From NCBI RefSeq assembly GCF_001194135.2, contig NC_068988.1, positions 81,306,023-81,370,022 of the forward strand: 64,000 bases of DNA, in the 5' to 3' direction. Below the pieces are notes generated by a model that was given only the letters and a program-made list of their open reading frames with translations, did no database searches and was not told where the DNA came from. The position numbers were made by a program, and so were the translations under genes. The DNA comes from Octopus bimaculoides (taxonomy: Eukaryota). Positions 11,866-23,820 of this stretch are shown piece by piece. Position 1 is the first letter of the stretch. The number at the start of each line of letters is the position of its first letter.

Positions 11866-12613
11866 TGGGTCAATTTTGCTAGATTAATTATATGGCTCAG
11901 GGCAGAGTAGATACATTCCAGGAACTGAGAGCTGGCAGAGTAGAAAGCTCAGAGAAACTCAGAGCTTTAGAATAACTCAGTTGGAATACAGATTCATGAG
12001 ACATATAATGATAGGGTTAGTAGAGCACAGGAGGAAAATGTCTTCTATATCTGAATTGAAATCTCACCAAGGTTAATTTCACAATAACCATGCCCCTACA
12101 CCCACAGATCAATAAATAAGTACCAGTCATATACTGCGTTCTGTTTGATTGATCATGCACTCTTTTATAGTCTGTTGGTTTGTGCTAATGTTAGAAATCC
12201 ATGTTAAACTTCATTAATTTAAAAGCATTAAATTAAGAATTCTGGCTGCACACATCGAATATATGTTTGTTTAATTACATATTCATTAACATTTTAGAGA
12301 CTCTAATTGAATTAATTCTGTTATTTATTAGAAAATGTTCTGCTGTTTTCCCAAATTTGCATAAGTAGAACGTCTTTGATTGATTATAACTTCGAGAAAC
12401 TATGAGAAACATAATTCTTAAACAGGACATAGAATTTGATTTCCTAGATATTTTAATGTAGGGAATAAGTGTTTAGATTCATAAGGAACAATAAGGTGAT
12501 GTTATGGAGTCCCTTGCTGTTCTGAGAGTTGATAACCATATGACGAACACAAGGGAATATTCTTGTTGATAAGATGGCAATATTAATTTAAGCTCTGTGT
12601 CTATCCTCCTCTG

Positions 12614-12829
12614 CTGCCGCCGCCGCTACCAATGCCGCCGCTGCCGCCGCCGCTACCGCCGTCTCCGCCGCCGCCGCTACCGCCGCCNNNNNNNNNNNNN
12701 NNNNNNNNNNNNNNNNNNNNNNNNNNNNNNNNNNNNNNNNNNNNNNNNNNNNNNNNNNNNNNNNNNNNNNNNNNNNNNNNNNNNNNNNNNNNNNNNNNNN
12801 NNNNNNNNNNNNNNNNNNNNCGCCACCAC
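12614..12829. repeat. (GCC)n microsatellite spanning an assembly gap
   Basis: GCC/GCT repeats on both sides of the N run. Confidence 0.9.
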
Positions 12830-13813
12830 TTTTCCATGATGCATAAATCAAACAGAATTTGTTGAGGCAGATTTTCTACACCCAGATGCTTGTCTTATCA
12901 CCAAACAATGTAATATTTAGAAATGACCAGACATATCTTCCTTGGAAAGCTGGAAACAAACAACATCGCTTGTATGACAATGATGCTCATTTACAGCCAT
13001 TGCAAGGTGCCAAGACTCGGGGACACACACACACACACACAATGGGCTTCTTTCAGTTACTGTCTATCAACTGCACAAACAAGGTTTTAGTAGAAGTTAT
13101 TTGTCCAACTGAACCCAAAAACATATGGTCAAGGAAATGTATATATATACAAATAATCAGAAAATGGAGAAAACCTCAGATTAACAAACACATTGACTGG
13201 ACCACATTTAAAGCTTATTTTTTAATACAAAGCATGACATAACAAACAGGTGATGTAACATATCTTATAGCCATTTCTGATCCGTTGCCAAAATGCTGTC
13301 TATAAATAAATACAAGAATAAAGTTCTTCATCTTCATAGGGCATTTGAATTAAGGCACGGAGCTTCATCAGAGTAAAAAAACAAGAGCATACAATATAAA
13401 CAAAGGGAAGAAGAAAAAGGAAAGAAAAGATGGCCTAGAAAAGTAGTCTAGAAGCCCAATATGTTAAAAGCATAATCTACCATCTAGGGGCTACGAGGTC
13501 TGTAGGTAAAAGTGTGTGCTAGTAATTGTCTAGGGAATATTACAATTTATTAACAGGTAGTTGCAATTTAAAGAAAAAAGATATATTAACTCAAAGTGGG
13601 AGCAAAAAGTACGATTACAATCAACAGGCTGTGCTTATATTACATTGCCCTCAAATTAGATTATTCCTATCAATAAATCTAATAATTTAAAAATTGTAGA
13701 CAAATAATATATTAACAGGCAACACTTACCGTTCTATATAGTGCAACAAATTTATACAAATATCTCCTGGCAAGCCCAGCTAACATAGTTCCACAAACAG
13801 ACACATACAATGT

Positions 13814-13878
13814 AAGGTGGGCATAGAGCACAATGAAGGTGGGCATAGAGCACAATGAAAGTGGGCATAGAGCACAAT
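13814..13878. repeat. 22-bp tandem repeat, about 3 copies
   Basis: AAGGTGGGCATAGAGCACAATG repeated. Confidence 0.9.
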
Positions 13879-14364
13879 AAAATAAAGAAAAAATAATAAC
13901 ATAAAATGAAAAAGATGAATAAATCAAACATGGGGGAAATATTGTTTGCAAATATTTAGGGCTAATAATGTACATTAAAATGGGGGAAAGGGCAGTGAGT
14001 GGAGGAAAGAACAATAAGTTAGTAGCAAAATAAGTCCAAATTCCGGCAAGTGTCGACAAATACTTCCATAGTATAAAAGGTGATAGAGAGTAAAGAAAGC
14101 AAACAAGATAGGAAAAGCTAAAATTGAAATTTAAATAAGATTTAGGATTTGAAATGGTTATTAGGGGTAAAAGACTATATGGTAGAAAACGTAAGGCCTT
14201 TGTGTTCTCAAATTAGTTATGATAGAAATAATAGGCAATTCTAAATTTACTGATTTCGTCCATAGAATTTATTGGATAGGCTACCACCATGACAGAAAGC
14301 TTAAAAAACTCCTCTTGATACTAGTACCAATGCCACAGCCAACATCAATACCAACAACAATAAT

Positions 14365-14790
14365 ATGGATGATAAAGATTTTACCACGAGAATTTTCAGA
14401 ACTAAGAAAATGCTGCTGCCAAATAGTCACTTTGAGGCTTTTGAAAATAAACTCTGCTCTTTAATTAAGGACATTAAGTTCAAGAACCATTCCCTTAGGC
14501 ACAATAAGTACCGAAGGAAGCTTAAGGACTTGGTTCTTGAGTTAAAATCTAAGAATGGAATAATAGTACACTTGGACAAAATATGAAACACCTATAACAC
14601 GAACATTGCCACTTACCATGAACTTATCCACTGTGAAATCCTTAAGAAATATAAAGTAGTCCCTAGGAGTACCCTTAAAACAATCAACTTAGAGGCCAGA
14701 ATGATTATGTTAGAGTATAATATTGATGACCGGACTGAACTATTTACACCGATTAGAACTTGTATAACTATTAAGGATCATAAAGATTAA
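14365..14790 (+). pseudogene. Penelope-like element ORF fragment (region N-terminal to the RT core)
   Basis: FEAFENKLCSLIKDIKFK...IIVHLDKI*NTY...KKYK...INLEARMI...DDRTE...CITIKDHK matches the PLE pattern FE..L..LI..IKF / V.ADKT.N.Y / IN.EA / IT.KDHK. Confidence 0.8.
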
Positions 14791-16600
14791 TTATCTACAT
14801 AACAACCATCTCTGATGAGCACAGTTATTAGATAACCATTAAGTTTCCTTATATCCAGTGCAAAACTGATTGGTAAAATTAGCTGTAATGAATCTATAAT
14901 ACTGTATACTTTGCTTAACACACACACACACACACACGTACACACATGCATGTACATAAACACGTAAGTGTGTGCGTGTGTGTGTGCATGTGTGTATGTG
15001 TGTGTGTGTGTGTGTATGTGTGTACCTGTGCATGCATGAAATGAATATATAAAATATCTATTTCAATCTTCATATTCTTTAATTTATTGTGTGTGTCTTC
15101 TTGTTTAAGCTGTTCTGTTTCCCTTTGTTTTTCCTTTTGAATTCATTTTGTAGGCTGGTAGTTTGATGCTGGTAGTGGCATTCCACATTAGCTGGTGTCT
15201 GTCATTTGACTGAAGACCATTTTAAAGTATGCAGTGACTATATTGTGATCTAGAACCCAAGGTGAACAAGAATTGGGTTGATGATATTACACAAAGACAG
15301 ACTGAGGAGAAGCTATTGCCGAAAGGTTAACAGGAACTAGTGTATACCCACATGACTTCTATAGTACACTTGACTGTTATAGCTTGTATCTTGGAATTCC
15401 TCTCACATCTTCAATCAGAAAGTCCATCTGATGGCCATAATACATAGCCTTTATATACACCATTACAGGGCATTGCCTGTGAACTTGAAAGAGATGAACT
15501 GCAGACTAATTATTGAACTGGTCAACAGAAAAGGGATTTCTTGTCAGGCAACAAATGAGACCTGGACTCGAATGGTGGATTATACTTTCCTTCACATTGT
15601 AGATTATTAACAATAAACAATACATTCTTGTTTGTGGTTATTTTTATGTATAGCTTTGCCAAAGCTATACCAGCATACATGTATGATAGCTATAACACAC
15701 AGCCTTTGTGTATATCAGTACATGTGTATGATGGCAATAATATGCAGTCTCTATATAAACCAGTATACCTGCATGATGCCTGTAACACACACACTCAGCC
15801 CCTGCTACCCATCAGTAAATTAATTCCTTTTATTGTTGTCTTTATGAAAGTACTTTACTAGCCTCCAACTCATTTTTGAAATCATTTATTTGCTATTGAT
15901 ATCTAAAAGTACACATTTTGCTGCCTGGTGTCCTACATTCTCATTTTATCATAGTTATTATCCATTATTACCCTACAATGAAGTAATGTATATTGTTCTA
16001 TTGTCTTGTTCAATGATGACAGCTAATTATTTTGTCATTTTTAAACAAATATAGTTTGTCTTCCTTCATTTTCTCCAAGTTAAGCTTGTTCTGCTTTACC
16101 TTCCTAATTTATATTGTCCCTTTATTATTTCTTATATATGAGACAGTTGGAGTTGATTTAAGCAAGGTTCAATTTTTTTCTGGCAAAAATTCAAGTGAAA
16201 ACCTTGGTTAAAATTGATTTGGATGATTGAAGTAGTTGCCTTTTCTTGACAAAGATTCTAGCTTTCTGAGATTGGATATTTTGTCAGAATTGCAATCTAA
16301 ATTTTCCCTTGATTAATACCAAGTGTATTTCTTAGTGCTCTTTTAGTACCCCAAGAAGTTATCTATGGAACCCTAAGGGACAGTATGACTTGAATGCGAT
16401 ATTTATTGAATGGACATTTGTGAATCTAGTTTTTCATAAAGATATTGCCAAAATTATCAATATGTTCAACTTTAAGAAGAATAGGAGATCTCTTCTTTAC
16501 TGAGCTTGTGTTTAAACTTCTTTCCTTCAGATGACAATAGTGTTTAATTATTTACATTATTTACATTTGACAGATATTTGTCCTCATCTTGTTTGTTGTT

Positions 16601-16646
16601 AACACAACGTTTCGGCTGATATACCCTCTAGCCTTCATCAGGTGTC
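16601..16646 (-). ncRNA. Minimal type I hammerhead ribozyme (core intact)
   Basis: Reverse complement GACAC CUGAUGA A GGCU..AGCC GAAA CGUU GUGUU. Confidence 0.75.
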
Positions 16647-16693
16647 TTGGGGAAATTTCAAACCTGGGTTCTCATTCCTAAGGTATTTTTCAA

Positions 16694-16732
<39 letters not shown>

Positions 16733-16862
16733 CATTATTATTATTATTCAGATTCCAAGTTCGATTCCAGGCAGTGACCTGAATAATTATAATAATAATA
16801 GTAGTAATAATAACATCGAAAAATACCTTAGGAGTGACAACCCAGGTTCAAAATTTCCCCAA

Positions 16863-16908
16863 GACACCTGATGAAGGCTGGAAGGTATATCAGCCAAAAT
16901 GTTGTGTT
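16863..16908 (+). ncRNA. Hammerhead ribozyme, probably inactivated
   Basis: Same motif, but CCGAAACG has become CCAAAATG (two CpG-type transitions in the core). Confidence 0.65.
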
Positions 16909-17019
16909 AACAACAAACAAGATGAGGACAAATTTCCGTCAAATGTAAATAAGGTACATAATTCCTCATCTCTTAAATATAGAACAGTAGTGTTTAAGTC
17001 TCAACAATTTTATCAAATA

Positions 17020-17230
17020 TTGGTTTCAAGTTTTGGAAGAAAGCCAGCAGTTTTGAGGAAGGGGCTAGGTCAATTACATCAACCCAGTGCTCAATTGGAA
17101 CTTATTTTGTTGACCCCAAAAGGATGAAAAGATGACCTTGGTGAAATTTCAGCTCAGAAAGTAAAGATGGATGAAATGCTGCCAAACATTCACCTGACAT
17201 GTTAATGATTCTGCCAGCTTGACACCTTAA
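17020..17230 (-). mobile_element. tRNA-derived SINE, degenerate
   Basis: GACCCCAAAAGGATGAAAAGATGACCTTGG...CTGCCAGCTT matches the 52164-52393 family. Confidence 0.7.
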
Positions 17231-17994
17231 TTTTATCAAATATTGTGATTTTATTATCAAAAATCGAAAAAAGATTGGGTTCTGTTTTTCCCTTCCTCTG
17301 AAAACTTTTGCTCATATATCTGTGAGTACCCCTGTTACTTAAGTACTATTGCAGTCTATTTCTAACTTTGTATATAATCTTGATCATTTGGATAGTATGT
17401 AGAATATATAGAAGTTACCCCAAATCCAATTCATGCTATCACACCCTACCATCGTTCAACCTCACAATCAACAAGATTAAGCTGATGTTTTTAGAGTGAA
17501 TTAAAGTTTTTTTTAAGAAAGGAAAGAAAAATGACCTAATTGTCCAAATAACATTTGCTTACTTGATAATGTAATGTGAGAATAATGTTTGTTTATTTTT
17601 AATAGTGATATAACACTGCTAAGTGCCATTATATGTCAATCTACAGTGTTAACTGATATTCGTAAAAATTTTCTTAAATTTTCCTAAAAAAACTGTTAAT
17701 TCTTTGTTGTCAATCCAGTATATAATAAATAGATGAAACTTCATTTAGAAAGTGGCAGTAGGGTTGCTGTGGCTATGGGAGACCAAGCATATTTCTTTGA
17801 TTCAAAGGTTCCTGAAAGTATCAGCTTGTGTAGAAATTTAAATATTTTCTAAAGGTTGATAGATTAAACTGTCAATCACAATTGAACAAATTTAGAAGAC
17901 AGAAGTAGTGACAGACACCTAGGGACAGGTAGCCAAGCAACATTATGGACAGATATCTGAAAATCTTTTACTTGAAAAGGCATACTTTAATGCA

Positions 17995-18330
17995 GAGGTG
18001 AAGGTGCATAGCTCAGTGGTTAGAGTGTCAGGCTCATAATCATGGAGTTGTGTGTTCAATTCTTGGACTGGGTTGTGTGTTGTATTCTTGAGCAAGACAC
18101 TTTATTTCACATTGCTCCAGTTCACTCATCTATAGAAATGAATTACAATGTCACTGGTGCCAAGCTGTATTGGTCTTTTCCTTCCCCTTGAATAACATTG
18201 GTTGCATGGAGAGGGAAGGCTGGTATGCATGGGTGACTTCTGGTCTTCCTTAAACAAATTTGCCAGACTTGTGCCTCAGAGGGGAGCTTTCTAGGTGCAA
18301 TCCCATGGTCATTCATGACCGAAGGGTGTT
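17995..18330 (+). mobile_element. tRNA-derived SINE (second family)
   Basis: GCATAGCTCAGTGGTTAGAGTG...GTTCAATTC head followed by the CTTGAGCAAGACAC motif. Confidence 0.7.
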
Positions 18331-19202
18331 TTTGATGTTTCTAAGGCAATTTGCAGTTCAGCAGATTGAGAGTCCTCAACCTGCAAACATTAGCAACAGT
18401 CAAAGTGATGAACTCTGTTGACCACAAGTCTTGGCTCGAGTTATTAATCCCGAGTTTTATAAATTACATGCTGCATATCAGAAGTTACAGTATATTGCGT
18501 TTGCTATCAACATTTTCCTATTATATCGGAAACTAAAAGATACATGAACAAGCATTTACAAAGACAGTTTTCTTGATCAGAAACATACAAGTAAGCCAAA
18601 GGGTGCTTTGGCTATCCTTTAGAGGTTCATATTCTATATCAAAGCTGTTTCTGTATGGAGAGACAGCCAAAACCTTCAGAAAAGAATACACCTGTGCTGT
18701 CCATAGCTAACTGAGCTCATGTTAAGCAAGTTCATGAAAGCACACACGTGACTTCTCTGTTTAGGCCTCTGTTTTATGATTAATGGCACTGCAACAGATT
18801 TTCCAATGGGTACTTGGCAAGGGCAAGAAAATGGGCCTCATATAGACATGTGACACTATCACAAGGGTTAGATAATTGATGGACCTTAGGATGCAAAATA
18901 TTAACATTATGATAATCAAAACTAATCTCTTTCTATCAGGATATTGATGATCAAAAAAAGAAATAGCTTAAGAAGTGACTAAGTCAAGCTCTTTTGTATT
19001 AATTGTGGATGAAAGAAAGGACATTTTGAAAACTGAACTGCTCTCACTTGTTCTGTGTTAGGTTTTGACAATGTTGTCACTGAAGAATTTATTGAATATC
19101 AAATTAGTTTCTGAACTTGATGCTGAATTAGTTTTGCTGTGTCTATTGTCGGTGGTAAACTCTACTGGTGCTGATGTCCACTTAATTATTTCACAATGTT
19201 AT

Positions 19203-19489
19203 TATGATGTGAAGGAGGAACAGACGGAAGCAGAGAGAGAATTACAGTAGTTTTACCTGTCGATCTGGAAGGGTCACATACAACATCCACAAGCTCTGTC
19301 TACTGCTGTACCATCTAACAGATCTGCTCTTGTATGCTGTCCACCGCCAACTGACCACTCGCACCTCGCCAACCCCACATGCCCACCGCAGCCCTTCCGG
19401 TGGGACCCACAGGCCCCACTTCTGACAGGAATGCGTACTCTCTCACTTCCGGTCCTTCCCTACAACACAGCCTGGCTCATAACACCACA
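19203..19489 (-). repeat. 3' LTR
   Basis: Aligns to 23160-23447. Preceded on the minus strand by purine-rich AGTGGGG. Confidence 0.9.
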
Positions 19490-19614
19490 TGCCCCACTGA
19501 TCTGAAGATCATTCAGCTAGCCTGCCCACACCCTCTCCTCAACCCTGACCACACGCCTTAACTTGTCTCATAATCAGCCAACCAGTGAGGAGGGCACGGC
19601 CCCCTCTGCGACCG

Positions 19615-22330
19615 CTATGGGACTTCAGGACTGGCCTTAGTTCCTGGCATGTTGCTGCCAGCTTCGTCCTCTTGTCCATTACTGTTGGCTCCATTCTCTG
19701 TCGCAGTCATGATCCTGCACACATCAAAAATATGATGTAGCATGCCATCTACGGACACATTGTTCCATGAATTTAAAGAGGTTATTGTCCCCTTTCCCCA
19801 TTGTGATGTGCACCTCACATTTGGGTGTTTGACCCAGACTTTTTCCCTGACCTGCACAAAGGCATGCTCTGTGGGTTGCGGCAATGCAGTACATAGACGT
19901 CTTCACTTGTACTTGAATATTGCCCTGTGTGGCACTGACTCCTCAGCTTGTCCTGACATGGGCGACATATTATTCCAAAAAACGGCCACATCCGGTGAGA
20001 TGTGGCCCCTCTCTGCTACGGTTTTGATGGTGCGATGATGCATCTCCACAACCCCATTGCCACTTGGCAGGTATGCTGCCCTGAAGAAATGGCTAACATG
20101 CCACTTCTTAAGCATTTCTCTCAGCACCTCCAAGTGAAATGCAGTGCCATTGTCCACAAGCAGCTCATCCATGGGGCCTCGTTCTAGGAATATCTCATTT
20201 GATATTCGTGCGATTTCCTCTGTGGTCCCCATCTTCATCTCCCTCCATATGGCCAACTACCCCGGTCTGCAGTTGACCATCAAGAGGTATGTCCCCTGTT
20301 GGTAATGTGTCATGTCCACTGCCAGTCATTTCCAGTTGTGTTCCACTGGAATGCTTGCTGCCTCATGCACACCCAGAGTGGGGTCAGTGGACTAGCACCT
20401 GTTGCAGCTCCCAACTACTCTCTGCACACTCTGCCTGGTCATGTCAAAGTCAACTTTCCTGGCTAGGAACAGGGCCCTGTCCATCTCCATGTGATGCATG
20501 GTATGCAGTCTCCTCAGCTCTGAGTCATTCAGTCACTGCAGTCACTCCTTGCTCCAGACCCTCTGGCACTTGCAACCAAGCTTTCTTTACAATGGTCAGA
20601 ATGTCTGCTCTATTCCTCTCAGAGGGCACAAAAACCACACTCAGCCTCAGGTCAAACTTGGCAGCTAGCTCACCCAGAATTCCCAAACAGTGTCTTATCA
20701 GCATCTCTGTGCCCCCTTTGATTTGCACCCTCCACTTGCTGGTGAACACTGATCCCCCCCATCTAAGTACAGGGGCAAAATTGGTCCAGATCTCGATGGT
20801 ACGCAACCCCCACCTCATGGCCAGGTTCAGCCCCTTCAACACAGCATCCAACTCCGCCATGTTGATAAGGTTGCAGTTGACCTTCCTGAGCCAGGCCGCA
20901 TCCTACACCATGACACCTCCAATTTCCAGGACAACTCCCGTTTCTATGCTGCTAGCATCATGCTACATGATCCCATTCTTCAATTTGGGCACATACCAGT
21001 TTCCTCTTACTGTGTCCTCCGCAGTTACTCTCCCCAAGACTTCTTGCATCATGGCAGTTGTCTTCTCGCCCACATTATCGCTCCACCTCACACCTTCAGC
21101 TCGCTTCTTGATGAAGCTGCATGCTGTCTGGGGCCATCCTGCAATCGGGTAGTGTCCCAGCAGCTTTCCACACACAGAAAACAGTTCTTGCCTACTCATT
21201 TTGGAGCCCAGTTCTGGGATCTCTTTCCCTCTCCGAAACGCCAATGCGCCGGCCTTGTCTCTCCGTAGCTTGAGTCCCAGTGCAGCTCTTCCTTCCATCA
21301 CTTCTGGTGGTTTGGCAGTTAGCCCCAAATTCTTCAGGTGGCTTATGACCTCCTTTGCTAACACTGTGTTCTCGTCTACTAGAATGTCATCAATATAGGA
21401 ATTGGTGGCTCTTTTCACTTTGTCGGCCTTTCCCAGGATGGTTTTGAGAATTGTTACCATAATCTGCTGAACTCAGCCTGAATCCCAACCTAGTCAGGTA
21501 GTATGTCTGATCCTTGTACCTTACTAGCTGATATTTCCACTGTCTCTCAGCCACATGTAGCTGCAGGTATGCTAACTTCAAATCGATGATTGTGAAGGCC
21601 CCTGTCATCTGCCTCCATTCTCTCAAGATTTTACTGCAAATATCCGTGGCTACGCCGCCCATATGGCACAATACGTGGTTGTTCAGCTCTCGGAAATTTA
21701 ATAATGGCCTGACTTTATGCTCCGTCGGTTGCCCCACTGCCATCAGTGTACCTCTCCACTCTCCACTTCCTCCTTCCAAGGGATCAAAATGCCTTCCTTG
21801 ATCCACCGTTCTACCTCTCCCTTGAACTTGCTTCTGGCGTCCCCTTTCAGGGTATGCTGATAGCAGCCTACTGCATTTTTCAACATCAGAGGATCTCCCT
21901 TCCAGTACCATTCCTCTTTCCACTGTTAGCTGTTGAACATAGCCTGAAAATCCTTGTCAGTAATGGTGTGTGCAGCATATTTTTTTTGTAGCTCTCACCA
22001 CTCTCCTATCGTGGAATCACAGTGCATAGTGCCCCTGCATCACTGAACATTACATCGGCTTCATTGACTGTGACACCTCCCAAACAGACAATGGCATCCC
22101 TCCCCCATCACCACATTGATTCCGTGCACCACACGGTTGATCACGATTGCACACAACCTCAATCTCATTCCTCGTACCACCATCTCCACATCGCTACTTC
22201 CTCTGCAATCAACTTCCATATTGTCAACAGTCCTTACATTACTCACTCCACTCCATTTTTCTACCACCTCCAGAGGTTAAACAGCCTGTGTGCACGATGG
22301 CTCATAATACCTTTCCATTTATCATGACTT
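19615..22330 (-). pseudogene. pol (protease, RT, RNase H, integrase) with stops and frameshifts
   Basis: PR AIVHTGC. RT KVRPLLNFRELN, IDLKLAYLQ, RLGF, SYIDDILV. RH DASS..INMAELDAVLKG. IN LLVDNGTAF..GNGVVEMHHRTIK. Confidence 0.9.
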
Positions 22331-22389
22331 CCACTACTGGAAATGACCGTATATGTGCCTCTATTCTCTTGATGGGATGACTACCGGCG

Positions 22390-23060
22390 CAGTAGACCGT
22401 TTCCCTGAACGCATTCACGAGTGATGTGTCCTGTTTGTCTGCATTGATAGAAAATTACTCCAGACCTGGGTTCCTTGCAGTCTCTCACCATGTGTGAACC
22501 CTGGCACCAAAAACACTGCCCTTTGAAGGGTTACACATGTTCCTTGTTCGACCCCTCTCTGTCACACTTTGTTTGACGCCTTCTCATTGTTGCAGTCGCT
22601 GCTAAAGGTGTCATCCAGCAACATGAGGCAAGAACTCTGGCCTGAGATATTACCTCTCCCATTGCCATGGAGTGAATATTCGGCAACTTTTGCAGTTCGG
22701 CTGACGCATGGTCAGGAAATCCTGTCACAAATGCTGATTTAACTGTTTGTTCCAATGTTTCATCCTTGTATCCCTCAAGTCTGGCCAATCTCCTGATTTC
22801 ATTGGTAAACACATCGATCTGTTCACCTGTCCACTTTGCTTTCCCCAGTTGACCATATGCCATAAATGACCCTTCCATAAAAGGCCCTTCCATAAAAGCC
22901 TCCATCAGCTGGACTTCTATTTTTTCTGTGCTTAACTGGTCCTTCTCCTCCATTTCCAGGTATAGTGCCAATGCTGATCCATTGAGGTACAATGATATGA
23001 AACTCGCTAGATCATCTATACTGTGGAGTCTTGCCACCACCAAGTTTTTTCAACCATGTG
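22390..23060 (-). pseudogene. gag with CCHC zinc knuckles
   Basis: ORF 22531-23043 (FVTGFPD..LQKLP), followed by CFWCQGSHMVRDC and a degenerate YQCRQTGHITREC. Confidence 0.85.
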
Positions 23061-23159
23061 GCAACATCTCCCTTGCTACAAAATTCCCTAATTGTCTCGT
23101 TCAAAACACGGACCATACCCATCATTTTTTTCTTTTTTTTTTTTTGAGCCAAAATAGTT

Positions 23160-23447
23160 TGTAATATGAAGGAGGAAAAGATGGAAGCAGAGAGAGAATT
23201 GCAGTAGTCTTACCTGTCAATCTGGAAAAATCACTCACAATGTCCATGTGCTCTGTCTGCTGCCATACCATCTAACAGGACTGCTCTCATATGCTGTCCA
23301 CTGCCAACTGACCGCTTGTGCCTTACTGACCCCACATGCCCACCGTAGCCCTTCCGGTGGGACCCACAGGCCCCACTTCTGACAGGACATGTGTACTCCC
23401 TCACTTCTGGTCCTTCCCTACAACACAGCCTGGCTCATAACACCACA
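23160..23447 (-). repeat. 5' LTR
   Basis: TGT...ACA termini. Followed on the minus strand by a partial TGGCTC PBS-like motif. Confidence 0.9.
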
Positions 23448-23649
23448 GTTATGAAGGTGTCCATGCTGAACAGAGAAATTTCTAATGCTTAAGTAAAGCT
23501 GTGTGCTGCTGTCCTATCTATAGTCTATGTCAACTGCCACTGATGTAATCTAGAATTGGGTAACTGTATAAAATGTAAAGTTTGCAGGAAAATTTGTCAC
23601 CATATTGCTGTGACTCTACTTGTTCAAAACTTAGTTCACTGAACAACAA

Positions 23650-23820
23650 TCTATATATATAAAGCTGAAGCTGCATGTCTGTGCGTAGCCTTTTTAAAAG
23701 TTTATAGAAATCCACATGCAGGAGCCTGCACCAGACTTCTGTTGTTTGAAATAGTAAAGATAATTTCACTGATTTTTGTTTTGTTTTGAGACCTTCATTC
23801 CTGTTTGGGAGTAGATTTTT
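23650..23820 (+). mobile_element. Helitron-type 5' terminal fragment
   Basis: A|TCTATATATATAAAGCTGAAG start (TC terminus after an A), interrupting the hAT homology. Confidence 0.5.

Larger units (their letters stand above)
16548..16985. mobile_element. Palindromic hammerhead-bearing element, copy 2 (two inverted arms, partial tRNA head)
   Basis: TAGTGTTTAA direct repeat at 16538-16547 and 16988-16997 (13 bp with one mismatch). Arms 16548-16750 (-) and 16751-16985 (+). B-box GTTCGATTC at ~16759. Confidence 0.85.
19203..23447 (-). mobile_element. Full-length degenerate LTR retrotransposon (Gypsy domain order gag-PR-RT-RH-IN), 4245 bp
   Basis: Two homologous LTRs of ~287 bp. TSD GTTAT at 19198-19202 and 23448-23452. 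All domains are visible in the minus-strand ORFs. Confidence 0.95.

Noticed and set aside
11290-11910. Overlapping Thr-, Ser-, Val- and Leu-rich ORFs (mucin-like)
   Set aside because: All frames are open simply because of (AGT)n repeats; there is no splice or homology support.
15153-15620. Strong acceptor followed by unique sequence and AATAAA
   Set aside because: All frames stop within 20 codons; it could be a non-coding or UTR exon but cannot be supported without RNA data.
17733-17830. Possible first coding exon MKLHLESGSRVAVAMGDQAYFFDSK
   Set aside because: It is short, has no strong donor, and matches no recognised family.
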